Shown: positions 1 through 10,696, counted from the first letter of the stretch. The stretch: DNA of 64,000 nt from Candidatus Bathyarchaeia archaeon (GCA_037481775.1 JBBFKZ010000002.1:32001-96000), one strand, 5' to 3'. The notes: a model not told the origin generated them from the sequence alone. Numbers and translations are program-made.

Positions 1-2
1 TT

Positions 3-191
3 GACTACGCTAAATGTTCTCCATGCTCTGCGCTTATCTGCATTGGTGTTTGCCCATTAGGTGTTTTAGAAAAAGGCACAGACGGAAAACCAACAATAAC
101 CGATGAGGCATACTGCAACCGATGCGGCGTCTGTGCGAGTCTGTGTCCTACACAAGCAATTACAATAACTCAAAATAGCAAAAGCAAATGA
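3..191 (+). CDS. 4Fe-4S dicluster ferredoxin (5' truncated by window edge)
   Basis: Manual translation DYAKCSPCSALICIGVCP...YCNRCGVCASLCPTQAI..., ending at TGA 189-191; not in the ORF track. Confidence 0.85.
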   Translation, partial: DYAKCSPCSALICIGVCPLGVLEKGTDGKPTITDEAYCNRCGVCASLCPTQAITITQNSKSK

Positions 192-194
192 TGG

Positions 195-920
195 GTGGAT
201 GATTTTACGCAGCAAATCGAGCTCTTAGGCAACTGTGGAAAACTTGTTTTAAAAGATAACGTATTAGCCATATTATCCAACGTGGAACTAAGCACAGTAA
301 GCTCCGCCATATACAATGGCGGCTTCAAAAAAGCAAAAGCAATACTTAATGTGCAAGCAACTGAAGAATACAGCGATAGGCAACTGCACGCTGACCCGCA
401 GAAATTTATCTTGGAATCCGCCAAAAAGCTTGGGCTCCACGACAACTTTGTGGGGATGGTTACCGCCGCAGCAGTTGACAAGTTTGCTTTAGCTTCAAAG
501 AAAGACGGAGAACTTGCAGTAAGCGTGGTTGCTACCGCTGTAGATCCAAAAGGTGAAACTTGTTCCCATGCTGAAACTGCAGGCGAACCCATAGAAGTCG
601 AGGAGATAATTGGAACAATAAACATCATGGTAATGATAGATGGCAATCCTACTGAAAGCTGCCTCGTAAGCACCATAATCACCGCAACCGAGGCAAAATC
701 AGCAGCAATGTGGGAACTGGGCATCAGAAGCAGATACTCCGGCGATTTAGCCACTGGAACCATAACGGATGCCGTAATTGTCGCTAAGACAGGCCGTGGC
801 GCGCCAATAGTTTATGGAGGGCCGGCGTCAAAACTTGGCCAGCTTGTCGGATACTGCACACGAAAAGCCGTAAAAGAGACCTTGATGAAAGCCAACAAAT
901 ATTGCAATAAAAAATGTTAA
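195..920 (+). CDS. cbiZ: Adenosylcobinamide amidohydrolase (cobinamide salvage)
   Basis: SSAIYNGG, GMVTAA, GTINI, TATEAK, ATGTITDAV motifs. Confidence 0.85.
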   Translation: MDDFTQQIELLGNCGKLVLKDNVLAILSNVELSTVSSAIYNGGFKKAKAILNVQATEEYSDRQLHADPQKFILESAKKLGLHDNFVGMVTAAAVDKFALASKKDGELAVSVVATAVDPKGETCSHAETAGEPIEVEEIIGTINIMVMIDGNPTESCLVSTIITATEAKSAAMWELGIRSRYSGDLATGTITDAVIVAKTGRGAPIVYGGPASKLGQLVGYCTRKAVKETLMKANKYCNKKC

Positions 921-1012
921 TAGTGCTTGTTGCGTGGAAAACTGAAAACCTTAAATAATTTGCAAGTTATTCCGTCTACAAAAATCATTAATGGTAATGG
1001 TGTGAGAATCAA

Positions 1013-1912
1013 TTGAAGTTTGCAACCTTTCTTTATCAACCGGAACCTGCTGAAGGTTTCGACATGAACTTTTACCGCATAAAACCAGAATCAGGAACAG
1101 TGGGCAAGCCGAATCCTCAGATGTACACTAACATCGCAGTGTTCGGAGACAACGCAATGGCGGCGAAACATCCAGAATGGATTTCCTTAAGCGCCGATGG
1201 CCCCGCGTTCCGTTCAAATAAAAAGTTCAATCTGCGCTGGGATGTCCTATGCATGACGAATCCTGAAGTTCGCGAGTACAACCTAAAACTAATCGAGGAA
1301 TGCGCAAGGCAAACGCCGGGCATAAGCATCAGCAGCCAGCACTTTGCGGAACACGCCTTCTGCACTTGCCCACGCTGTGTAGAGCTATGGCGAAAAAGCA
1401 AGCTGAATTGGATTGATTGGCGAGCTAAAACCGTGATCGAGTTTTTAGCTGAGGTTCGCGAACGCGTAGTTGGCAAGCCTCTGTTCGTGAATTGCCTACC
1501 AGACCCAGTTCTGGGCAAGGTGCGGTTTGGCTACGACTTTGACGCTATGGCTGAATACGCCGACTACTTTGTTGTTCCAATGTTCTCAAAGGCTTATCCA
1601 ACACCCTGGTACTGGGAGACATTGGCTAGAGCGTTTAAGAGCATCTTGAAGAAACCCGTGTTCGTAAACTTCTACGTGCGTGGTCCCGGTGAAACATGGG
1701 AAACAGTGGCGCCGCATAGGCAGATAATGACTGTGGCGACTCGCGCAGCGAGAACAGGCATCGATGGTATAATCTTTCTAGCTGAAAAGGCACAGTGGAT
1801 ACGGGAGTTCCAGAAGAAAGTGGTTGAGGACAAGGAATGGCGGAAAGAGCTCGAGGGCTACGGCGGCGACGACGTGCTGGAACTCTTTAACCGCTGGGAA
1901 AAACTTTTCTAA
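1013..1912 (+). CDS. Putative glycoside-hydrolase-like TIM-barrel protein
   Basis: KHPEW, LCMTNPEVREY, CTCPRC, DYFVVPMF resemble GHL-type proteins; TTG start with SD-like ggtgtgag. Confidence 0.5.
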   Translation: MKFATFLYQPEPAEGFDMNFYRIKPESGTVGKPNPQMYTNIAVFGDNAMAAKHPEWISLSADGPAFRSNKKFNLRWDVLCMTNPEVREYNLKLIEECARQTPGISISSQHFAEHAFCTCPRCVELWRKSKLNWIDWRAKTVIEFLAEVRERVVGKPLFVNCLPDPVLGKVRFGYDFDAMAEYADYFVVPMFSKAYPTPWYWETLARAFKSILKKPVFVNFYVRGPGETWETVAPHRQIMTVATRAARTGIDGIIFLAEKAQWIREFQKKVVEDKEWRKELEGYGGDDVLELFNRWEKLF

Positions 1913-2019
1913 CCCTCTTCTATTCCCTTAGTCACGCTTTCTGTGAGCACTAGTCAAATCTGCATTCAAAATTTTCCAGCTTTGTCAAGCCGCCGATTTT
2001 AAGCGGGGTTAAACGCGGC

Positions 2020-3402
2020 TCAGCCGATGCCAAGTTTCAATTTCATGTATCCTACTAGATTCACTAATACCGTTATAGCCGTTGACGGTTTGAATCTTCT
2101 TTGCTTGTCTAGGAAGTAAGCAGGTCTCAGATAGAAGTGATGAAAGGCTTGTAAGCGTAAATTCCTAAGATCTTTCATGCTTAACCATGGTGTTTCAAAA
2201 ATAGGTGTAGCCGTGTCATACTTGTCGAAGTCAGTAACTTTCAGCCAGCCTTTCTCTTTGACCAAATCATACAGGGGCGTCCCAGGGAAGGGTGTAGCTA
2301 TATTGTAGAAGCCCATTGCGTCTGGACTTATTTTCTCCACGAATTTTATGGTTTCCCACGCTGTCTTTTTGGTTTCTCCTGGAAAGCCCAAGATTACGTT
2401 GGGCACAGGCTTTAATCCAAGTTCACGAACCCAGCCTAAAACTTTGATTGTCTGCTCTGTGGAGATTCCCTTTTTCATGGCGTCGAGAACATGTTGGGAG
2501 CCGGATTCCACGCCGAACCATACGGAGATGCAGCCTGCCTCCTTCATTTTTGCAAGTAACTCTTTCGTGATCATGTCAACACGGGTTCCGCAGTTCCATT
2601 GAATCTTCAGTTTGCGGTTTATTATCTCTCGGCATAATGCTTCGGTTCTGGCCTGATCCACGGTGAAGGCGTCATCGCAGAACGTGAACTTGCTTACACC
2701 GTAAGTTTTGTTAAGAAACTCTAGCTCGTCAACAATGTTTTTTGGGCTGCGCATTCTGAATTTGCGGCCGTGCATCCTTACAGTCGCGCAGAACTCGCAC
2801 CAGAAAGTGCAGCCGCGGCTCGCCGCCAAATAAAGCACGTCTTCGTATTCGCGCAGCCGCTCCATTGGCCATAGATGCCGCGCTGGGAAAGGCAGCGAAT
2901 CTAAATCTTCTATGTAGGGTCTGTCTGACGTTCGCACTATTTGCCCGTTTTTTCGATAAGTTATGCCCAGCACGCCATCGAAGCTTTTGCCTGCTTCTAC
3001 ACGCTGCGCCAGCTCCAGCAGGGTTATTTCGCCTTCTCTCCTTACAATAACGTCCAGCTCTGGGCATTCCTGCAGTGCCTTGTCATCCCAAAAGGTTACG
3101 TGTGGACCACCCATGATAGTTATGCAGTTTGGATGAACTTCCTTGGCTATCTTTGCCATCTGCAGCCCAGACTTGTACGTAAGCGTTGTCGACGTGATGC
3201 CTACGATACTGGGATTTCGCTTTGCTATCTCGCTTCTGAATCCATCCGCTGAAAGCTTAAGCACTTGGCAGTCAATCACATCTACTTCGTACTGGTTTTT
3301 TTCTAAAATGGCGGCCAAGTAGCCTAAGCCTAAAAGGGCGAAAGGTAAATGTCCAGTGGATCCGCTGGGTGCAGGCGGATTCACAAGGGTTACATGCATC
3401 TT
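2020..3402 (-). CDS. B12-binding radical SAM protein (class B-like methyltransferase)
   Basis: LVNPP, LGLGYLAA, MGGPHVT, SRGCTFWCEFC, GVESG, PFPGT; start trimmed to MKMHV. Confidence 0.9.
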   Translation of the reverse strand, partial: KMHVTLVNPPAPSGSTGHLPFALLGLGYLAAILEKNQYEVDVIDCQVLKLSADGFRSEIAKRNPSIVGITSTTLTYKSGLQMAKIAKEVHPNCITIMGGPHVTFWDDKALQECPELDVIVRREGEITLLELAQRVEAGKSFDGVLGITYRKNGQIVRTSDRPYIEDLDSLPFPARHLWPMERLREYEDVLYLAASRGCTFWCEFCATVRMHGRKFRMRSPKNIVDELEFLNKTYGVSKFTFCDDAFTVDQARTEALCREIINRKLKIQWNCGTRVDMITKELLAKMKEAGCISVWFGVESGSQHVLDAMKKGISTEQTIKVLGWVRELGLKPVPNVILGFPGETKKTAWETIKFVEKISPDAMGFYNIATPFPGTPLYDLVKEKGWLKVTDFDKYDTATPIFETPWLSMKDLRNLRLQAFHHFYLRPAYFLDKQRRFKPSTAITVLVNLVGYMKLKLGIG

Positions 3403-3665
3403 CATCTTCTCTTCACTAACTGCGATTCTTTGCAGAATACAAGATGCTGAAAGCTTAAATGTTTCGCCTACATCCAGTGCACAAAGATTACCGGCAGAAA
3501 GCCATTGCCAAAAACTTGACAGAACGTAGCGAGCCAGATAACCCATTTCTTGATGCTTTAGCCGTTAAAGCCTCGCCTATCGCTTTTTATTGGCTGTTTT
3601 CTAAATAACAGAAGCTTTAATAATTGTCCTATTCTCTAACATTTTCTCGCATTGAGTGTGATTTA

Positions 3666-4370
3666 GTGAAGCTTGTTGTCAACTGGAGCGGGGGCAAAGA
3701 ATGCTGCTTGGCGCTTCATAAAGTTATTAAGCAAGGTCATGAGGTTGCTTATCTTCTTTCTTACATTTACAAGGAGCCATATATTTTCCACAGTGTTCCA
3801 TTAATGGAGTTGCAGTCTAAAACTTTAGGTATCCCACACTTGAAGGTTAAGATTAAACGGTCATATGAGGATATTCTCGCGACGCTTTCGCGGCTTAAAA
3901 AAGAGGAAGACGTGGAAGGCTTTGTTACAGGCGATATTGTAGGTGCTGGCTGCGCGCAAGTTCATCAAACTTACTATGACGCCATGTGCGAGCAGTTGGG
4001 CATGAAGTTGCTTATGCCCAATGAGAATCCAGCTAGAAACACTTACGAAGTGTTAACCGAAGAAATTGCTGCAGGAATAATGCCCCTAATGAACTGTATT
4101 AATCTGGATCATTTTGGCGAGGAGTGGTTGGGGCGCGTGCTTGATGAGTATGCTATTAAAGATTTGAAGACTCTCGCTGACAAGCAGGGAATAGACGTTT
4201 GCAGCGAAGATGGCAGAGGCTTCCACACTATGGTTCTCGATGCACCGCTTTTTAAAGAGCGCCTAGAAATTGGCAAATTCAAAAAGAAGAAGTATAAGGA
4301 AAAGTCGAAGAACTGGAAAAGAAATTGGCTTTACATGGATATTAAAGAGGCATTTTTGAAACCCAAATAG
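3666..4370 (+). CDS. Dph6/DUF71-family ATP pyrophosphatase (PP-loop), divergent paralog
   Basis: NWSGGKEC (cf. SGGKDS), TGDI, WLGR, FHTMVLDAPLFK; probable GTG start at 3666. Confidence 0.8.
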   Translation: MKLVVNWSGGKECCLALHKVIKQGHEVAYLLSYIYKEPYIFHSVPLMELQSKTLGIPHLKVKIKRSYEDILATLSRLKKEEDVEGFVTGDIVGAGCAQVHQTYYDAMCEQLGMKLLMPNENPARNTYEVLTEEIAAGIMPLMNCINLDHFGEEWLGRVLDEYAIKDLKTLADKQGIDVCSEDGRGFHTMVLDAPLFKERLEIGKFKKKKYKEKSKNWKRNWLYMDIKEAFLKPK

Positions 4371-4731
4371 AACGCCTTCCCGCTAATTTTTCAAATTTAA
4401 CACATAGAAAATCTTGCTTTTCACGAGGTTTGCTGGGGCTTTGGAACCCAAACTAAAGGAGAATAGAGAATTGCAATCTGCTGCAGTTGAATTTAAATCC
4501 AAAGCCCTTTCAGCCTCTCTCTTTGTATCTTCGCCTTTTCTGCCATCGCGGCTTGCCTGTGCTTATGTTTTAAGCTTATTATTTGGATAATCCATCCTAC
4601 TATATAAACTTTAAGTTAATAAAATTAATACTGTGTTGAATAACCATATAGAAGACACTATTCTACATAATAAAAGTGTGCTTCTATCTCCAATGCTGTT
4701 TGAGGATATGAAGGTTTCTATAGAAAAGGTA

Positions 4732-6303
4732 TCATTTAATTTTCGAGTAGACAATTTTGCCGCCTATAATAGTCATTTCCACGTTGATGTCTGCAATTTC
4801 AGTTGGCTGAATCTTCCTTGGATCATGCGAGAGAACTATAAGATCCGCTAATTTGCCCGTTTCAATTGAGCCCTTAAGATTTTCTTCGCATGCCGAGTAT
4901 GCCGCGTCAATCGTGTACATGCGTAAAGCTTCATCAACCGTTACCTGCTCTTCGGGGAAAACCTCTCTTGCCACCGCGGCTTGAATGCCCATCAAAGGGT
5001 TCAATGGTTCCATGGGACAATCTGAGCCGCCGATAACGCGTACTCCATTTTTGAGAAGCGTCTTAAGCGGATACAGCCACTTTGCCCGCTCAATGCCCAA
5101 GTGTTTAATGGCGGACCATACTGAAAATTCGGAGGCAATGACGAGCGGCTGCACGGAAATGATGACTTCCTGATTTTTAATGCGGTTAACTAACTCTTCG
5201 TTAAGCAATGCTGCGTGCTCAATGCGGATTCGCCTGAGTTTTCGCGGCGTTTCCTTCGAAATTTGTTCAATTGCCGCTAAAGCCGCATCTACGGCCCTGT
5301 CGCCCATTGCATGTATAACCAGTTGAAGACCCATTTTGAGAATTTCAGATGCAGCTGCCTTCATTTCTTCCACTGTGCAGAGCAGCTTTCCGTTTGATCC
5401 GAAGCTATCATTATACGGTTTAAATAGCGCGGCTGTTTTTGCTGCCAAATAGCCGTCTGCAGCAATCATTACGCCACCGACTTTTAATGCCAAGTTATCC
5501 GTCGATTTAAAATGTGCCATGTAATCTAATAGATTTACAGGAATTATGACATAAACCCGTAGTGGCAGCCTTTTTTGCTCGAGAAGCCTCTGCATTACGG
5601 AAAGCTCTGCGGCGGATAAGACTATCCAATGTACGCTGGTAACTCCTGCTTTCACTATTTTCTTGCACGCTAGTTCTGCGGCTTCTACAAGCTCCTCCTC
5701 ACTGGGCTCTGGAACTGCCTTCCACACGAGACTAGTGGCGCTTTCTCGCAAAATGCCTGTAAGCTCACCTGTTACTTCGTCCTTGTCAATAACGCCTCCA
5801 AATGGCGCGATTGTCCATTGTGTTATGGCTGCCGCTTCTAGTGCTTTGGTATTTACAACGCACATCTGCCCTAATTTGTGATAGAAAATTACGGGATTAT
5901 CTGGAGAGACAACATCGAGATCAAAGCGTGTGGGCAAGCGTTGCTCCACGAAGCGTGTTTGATCCCAGCCTCTACCTATTACCCATTTCCCTTTGGGCGT
6001 GTTCTCTACACGTTTTTTTAGGATAGTTTGCATTTCCTTGATGGATTTTATATCACTCAGTTCTACCCAAGTCAGGATTTTGCCAAAGTCGGCTACATGA
6101 ATGTGCGTATCTATGAAACCTGGAATAACCGTTTGTCCTTTCAAATAAATGACTTTTGTGTCTTTCCCAACAAGCTTGCTCATCTCCTCGTTTGAGCCTA
6201 CCTTGAGGATTCTGCCGTCTTTGATGGCAACAGCTTCCGCGTAAGGTTGAGCCGCATTCATAGTCAGAATATTTCCATCAATAAGCGCCAAATCTGCGGA
6301 CGT
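4732..6303 (-). CDS. Metal-dependent amidohydrolase (YtcJ/Amidohydro_3 family)
   Basis: PGFIDTHIH, GRGWD, IHAMGD, RIEHA, GGSDCP, GKLADL; start is TTG 6291 or in-frame ACG 6303. Confidence 0.9.
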   Translation of the reverse strand, partial: TSADLALIDGNILTMNAAQPYAEAVAIKDGRILKVGSNEEMSKLVGKDTKVIYLKGQTVIPGFIDTHIHVADFGKILTWVELSDIKSIKEMQTILKKRVENTPKGKWVIGRGWDQTRFVEQRLPTRFDLDVVSPDNPVIFYHKLGQMCVVNTKALEAAAITQWTIAPFGGVIDKDEVTGELTGILRESATSLVWKAVPEPSEEELVEAAELACKKIVKAGVTSVHWIVLSAAELSVMQRLLEQKRLPLRVYVIIPVNLLDYMAHFKSTDNLALKVGGVMIAADGYLAAKTAALFKPYNDSFGSNGKLLCTVEEMKAAASEILKMGLQLVIHAMGDRAVDAALAAIEQISKETPRKLRRIRIEHAALLNEELVNRIKNQEVIISVQPLVIASEFSVWSAIKHLGIERAKWLYPLKTLLKNGVRVIGGSDCPMEPLNPLMGIQAAVAREVFPEEQVTVDEALRMYTIDAAYSACEENLKGSIETGKLADLIVLSHDPRKIQPTEIADINVEMTIIGGKIVYSKIK

Positions 6304-6320
6304 TAAAGTATCCTCCCATG

Positions 6321-6800
6321 TTATTGCTTATGTTTTCGCCGAAGCGTTAAAATTTTTGCATAAAACATGGCTGCAAAAAGTTTAAGCATAACTGGCTCAT
6401 ACGCCAAGAGATAGGAAACTCGCAGAGTCATCATTTTTTTAGCCCTTCGAGTATAAGCGTACCCGATTAATGCTGCTGCCACCAGCGCTATTGCGATGGC
6501 TGCAATGTAAATGACCTTCAAGGGCAGTGCGCCTTTAGCTGCCTCTTTCACTTCTGTGTAATCAGCTTCGCTGTAAGCAGAAGCCTCGCGTCCTTTATCT
6601 GACTGCCACTTCGTCGCTATAATCCGTGATCCAGCCGTGTCTGGGGCATAAGTGAAGTTATACATGTCTTTCTTAGATGTTACCACATTCAGCTCACTTA
6701 CAACGCTGTCTGGCTCAACAATGTACACTTTTAAAGAGGCTTAAGATACGCAGGGGGAGAGGTACTTGCTGCACGCCACTGCTTCGTCCAATGTAGCTCG
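6321..6800 (-). pseudogene. Detached C-terminal Ig-like domain plus membrane anchor of the upstream propeller protein
   Basis: Same frame as 6801..9290, separated by an in-frame TAG and TAA; NFTYAPDTAG...W and a hydrophobic helix followed by TRRAKK. Confidence 0.65.
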
Positions 6801-9212
6801 CTACTTGGATACCGTAATAGTTATAGCGCTGTTCAGTGGCGGCTGATCCGCGAGGCAATAAACGTTCCAATCGTTGCTTCCCACGTACAGTTTTCCCTCG
6901 TATATGGTCGGCGAGCACCAACTGTTAGACTCAGTGTTGAAAACACTGATTTTCTCGCCGTTCGTGGCGTTAAGCACATAGACTGAGCGCTGATCTGTTA
7001 CCACGTATAGTTTTCCATCCGCGTAGCTCGGAGAAACATAAAGCTCCTCTCCCAAGTATGTGCTCCAGACTGAGCTCCCAGTTTTGGCGTCAATACAAAC
7101 GATGGAAAAATGATCAACTATGAAGAGTTTTCCATCATTGTAAACGGGCGTGCAAATTATGAATTCGCCGGCAGTAGCAGATCGATATATCCAATCAACA
7201 TTACCTGTTTCAGCGTTTATGCCATAATAATCCTTCACGTTGGAAGCGGCGAAGACCATGCCTGCAGCGACTGTCGGGGACGCATGCATATCCGTGCCTC
7301 CTGTAAGTATCGTCTCGTATGGAAGCTCCTTTTTCCAGATGAAACTGCCATCTGCAGCGTTCAGCTTGTAAAGAGCGCCCGCATTGGGCTCTTCTGCAAC
7401 AATATAAACTGCGTTGCCAGCAACAGCTGGAGAAGACGTGATGTACCCTTTGGTTTCATACGTCCAAATCACCTTGCCGTTGTCTGCGTCTAGACAGTAC
7501 ACCTTCTTATCCAATGAACCCACATACAATTTTCCGTCAGCCACCGTGGGTGATGACCTCAGCGCCGGCGCCGCGCCAAAATTAACCTGAACTGGACCGC
7601 CAGCGTATGTTGACCATACAAGGCTTCCATCGTATGCGTTAAGGCAGTAGATGTATCCGTCGTCTGGGCCTATGTAGACTCGGCTGCCAGCCACTGCCGG
7701 CGAAGACTTAATGCGCTCTTTGGCGCTGAACTTCCAGATGAGACTGCCCGTCCGCGCGTTAAGGCAGTAGACGTTCTTGTCGTGTGAGCCCACGTAGACT
7801 CTGCCATCCGCGACGGTTGGCGAAGACACAACCGCGCCGCCCGTGGTGAATTTCCACCTCAAAGTTAGATTTGTAGGGCCAGATTGGCCGACGCCGCTAT
7901 GAGCTGCGTCATGTCGATACATGGGCCAATTTCTAGCGCCTATGGCCCATATCTGATTAAATGTGGCGTATTCTTCTCCTGATTCCACATCCACAAGCGT
8001 CGTCACGTCACCGGGAATCAGATACAAGTTACCGTATGCAACGGCCACAGACTCTCTCGGAGCATGCGCTTCTATAGGTAACTTCCATATGAGCTGCCCC
8101 GTGAAGGCGTCAAGGCATGCGAATTCGGACTCGCTTTCCTGTCCTGTATACGATGCTCTCTGGCCGGTTGTAGCATAAATTTTGCCGTCAGCAACCACAG
8201 GGTTTCCAGGGAACATCAGGGGCCCCGGTCCCTTGTATTTCCACACTAACTCTCCTGTGTCCATGTTAAGTGCGTAAAGGTGGCCATCCTTGTTAAGCGA
8301 GTAGACCATGCCATACGCAACGGCGGGACCGATGCAGAAGTAGCCGTCTGGAGTCTGCGGATTGAATGTCCAGATGATTTCTCCGGTGGTGGCGTTGAAG
8401 CAGTACATTGTGTTGTCATGTGTGCCACCTCTGAAGAATCTGCCTTGGTAATATGAGCCGGAGAAAACCATGGGAGTTTTTGTTTCTGTGTCCCAGAGCA
8501 CCGCGCCTGTTTTTGCGTCAAGCGCCATCTGATGCGGATCATAGGAGCCGGGAAACACTTTGCCGTCTCCGTAGGTTACTCCAGAACCAACCAGCCCGCC
8601 GCCGGGAACATAGGTTTCCCACTTCAGCTTAGGCGGCACATCTGGATCCGAGAAGTCCCAGCCTTGAACATATGAACCATTCTTAACGTAGAACATTTTC
8701 TCCTCTGGACTGTAGACATTTGCAACAAAAAACGGCGCTGAAGTTGCAGAAAACACCGGGCTTGTCCATAAGATGCGTCCTGTGTCTATGTCTAGGCAAC
8801 TGCTGCCTACTACAAGGTGTGTTTCATCAATTTTATATACTGCTGGCCAGGCTCCAGGCGCAGGAACCGTTGTATTCCACAAGATCACGCCTGTGTTCCT
8901 GTCAAGCGCGTAAACCGCGGTTTTCGTGGTTACAAACACCTTGCCATTAAACGCGGTTACGTAACTCTGTATACCCGTTATGTTCGTTTTCCACAATATG
9001 TCCGGTGTTTCTGGAGCTGGACCCGGGGAGAAGCGCGTAAAAGAGGGGTCGCCTTGCAGCTGCGGCCACTCATACGTAAGCAAAAGATCGTTGCTGCCCG
9101 TTTCGGCGCCTGATTTTTCCGAGACATTTAAGTGCCATTCTCTGACATATATTGTCGCGATTAAAAGCATAATCAAAACTATTGCGACAATCAAAAGCCT
9201 CTTGTACCTCAA
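6801..9212 (-). CDS. Secreted double PQQ-like (BamB-type) beta-propeller protein
   Basis: Signal/anchor helix; two WP....D...G...W entries; repeated SSP.V.DG.VYVGS.D..VYCL.A..G..IW; probable TTG start at 9212. Confidence 0.85.
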   Translation of the reverse strand: MRYKRLLIVAIVLIMLLIATIYVREWHLNVSEKSGAETGSNDLLLTYEWPQLQGDPSFTRFSPGPAPETPDILWKTNITGIQSYVTAFNGKVFVTTKTAVYALDRNTGVILWNTTVPAPGAWPAVYKIDETHLVVGSSCLDIDTGRILWTSPVFSATSAPFFVANVYSPEEKMFYVKNGSYVQGWDFSDPDVPPKLKWETYVPGGGLVGSGVTYGDGKVFPGSYDPHQMALDAKTGAVLWDTETKTPMVFSGSYYQGRFFRGGTHDNTMYCFNATTGEIIWTFNPQTPDGYFCIGPAVAYGMVYSLNKDGHLYALNMDTGELVWKYKGPGPLMFPGNPVVADGKIYATTGQRASYTGQESESEFACLDAFTGQLIWKLPIEAHAPRESVAVAYGNLYLIPGDVTTLVDVESGEEYATFNQIWAIGARNWPMYRHDAAHSGVGQSGPTNLTLRWKFTTGGAVVSSPTVADGRVYVGSHDKNVYCLNARTGSLIWKFSAKERIKSSPAVAGSRVYIGPDDGYIYCLNAYDGSLVWSTYAGGPVQVNFGAAPALRSSPTVADGKLYVGSLDKKVYCLDADNGKVIWTYETKGYITSSPAVAGNAVYIVAEEPNAGALYKLNAADGSFIWKKELPYETILTGGTDMHASPTVAAGMVFAASNVKDYYGINAETGNVDWIYRSATAGEFIICTPVYNDGKLFIVDHFSIVCIDAKTGSSVWSTYLGEELYVSPSYADGKLYVVTDQRSVYVLNATNGEKISVFNTESNSWCSPTIYEGKLYVGSNDWNVYCLADQPPLNSAITITVSK

Positions 9213-9381
9213 CGGTTCTCCCCCATGATAAATGGTAAGCTTTAATTTAACTATAAAGCTTATGGAGCCGCGCCTCTTCCTATAGTTCACAACAGTTCAG
9301 CATGTCTTGTGTTGCTTAGTTGCATAAAGGGCAATGCTGGGATGAAGCACATAATCTTTTTTAGGATGACATTATCTTAAG

Positions 9382-10500
9382 GTGAATAATGAATTAACAA
9401 AACAGCATCGGGAGATGGGTTTTAATTTGGCAAACAAGGGTCCTTTACTTATGACTTCTTGGCGGGCAACAGGTGCCTGTAACGCGCATTGCAGATACTG
9501 TAATGTTGATGCAACGGCTGCGCATGCTCCAAGAGAATTAAGCACCAAAGAAGCGCTGCACTTGGTCGATGAAGTTTACAATTTCGGCGTCAAGTGGTTC
9601 GGCATCAAGGGCGGCGAGCCGCTGTTGCGGAAGGATATATTTGAAATTGTTGGTTACGCGAAAAGCCTTGGCCTCAATGTTTGCCTACTAACTAACGGGC
9701 ATTTCGTTGACGGCAAGATTTATGATAATCTTGTTAGAAACGAGGTCTGGACGTCCGTAAGCATAGACGGCCCGGAAGAAATAAACGATCAGCTGCGAGG
9801 AAAAGGCTCGTACAAGAAGGTGCTGGCAGCTATTCAAAAATTGTCAAAAGGGAAAATTCTGAATGGGCTGGCTGCAGCTATAACCTCCATAAACTATCAG
9901 CATCTGGATCATGTGGCTGAGCTAGCTGAAACCTACCGCGCCAATTTCGTATGGTTTAACCATCTCGTGCCCAGCGGAAGAGCAAAGGAGACCATGGAGT
10001 TAACGCCTTCTCCCGAGCAGTATGAGTGGGCTCTTAATCACATATGGGACTTAACCTTGAAATACGAAGGAAAATTTGAAATCCACGTGCACTGCCCGCA
10101 TTTTGCGCGTGTGGTCAAGCAACGTAATCCGCCGAACTTTCAGGAATGGTATGAGCATAAATTCCATGGAAAATGCACCTACTTCGCTTTTGGCGGATAC
10201 ATAAGCGTAACTGAAAACGGCGACTTAATCCCCTGCTTCTACACGGATCTGCAGCCCTCGGAACCGATGATGCTTGGAAACATAAGAGAAAAAAGCTTGA
10301 AGGACACTTGGGCTGAAATCCAAAAATCAGCCTATTACAACAGCTTCAGAGACAGAAGCATCCTGAAAGGCAAGTGCGGCGTCTGCGAGTACCGCGAAAT
10401 ATGCGGCGGCTGCAGAAACAGAGCTTACGCGTACACAGGCGACATATATGAGTCAGACCCAGCATGCGCATACATACCTGAAAGCCTAAGAAAGCAATAA
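9382..10500 (+). CDS. Radical SAM/SPASM protein (AhbC/D, PqqE-like superfamily)
   Basis: CNAHCRYC, GGEPLLR, C-terminal CGVCEYREICGGCR...DPAC. Confidence 0.9.
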   Translation: MNNELTKQHREMGFNLANKGPLLMTSWRATGACNAHCRYCNVDATAAHAPRELSTKEALHLVDEVYNFGVKWFGIKGGEPLLRKDIFEIVGYAKSLGLNVCLLTNGHFVDGKIYDNLVRNEVWTSVSIDGPEEINDQLRGKGSYKKVLAAIQKLSKGKILNGLAAAITSINYQHLDHVAELAETYRANFVWFNHLVPSGRAKETMELTPSPEQYEWALNHIWDLTLKYEGKFEIHVHCPHFARVVKQRNPPNFQEWYEHKFHGKCTYFAFGGYISVTENGDLIPCFYTDLQPSEPMMLGNIREKSLKDTWAEIQKSAYYNSFRDRSILKGKCGVCEYREICGGCRNRAYAYTGDIYESDPACAYIPESLRKQ

Positions 10501-10589
10501 GCATCCTGCTTTGTACATCATTTTTTAATTCTCCCGCAGCGATTTTCTGCGAATTAACTTGAAAATCCCGAAAAGCGCGTGGTCTAATC

Positions 10590-10604
10590 AAAGCTTATTA
10601 ATAA
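10590..10604 (+). promoter_or_regulatory. BRE-TATA-like promoter
   Basis: aaagcttattaataa upstream of 10697; similar purine-rich+TTAWTA motifs recur before other genes (about 945, 3610, 12235, 42576). Confidence 0.5.
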
Positions 10605-10696
10605 CGCCAATGTTTAAGTCAGTCAACAAATTGCTGCCTCAGCCAAGTTTACGTTTGGGAAAAAGGCTTCGACAACTCTGAATAGGTAATAAGCCC

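Noticed and set aside
4420-4546. Short minus-strand ORF MAEKAKIQRERLKGLWI as a RiPP precursor
   Set aside because: Interrupted by a stop after 17 codons, with no precursor-like features; at most a gene remnant
6801-6803. TAG as a pyrrolysine readthrough codon
   Set aside because: A TAA follows 20 codons later in the same frame, the protein is not a methylamine methyltransferase, and no pyl genes are in the window
6801-10500. PQQ biosynthesis/usage locus (PQQ propeller plus PqqE-like gene)
   Set aside because: No pqqA-D; these propellers are common surface proteins and SPASM motifs are not specific to PqqE
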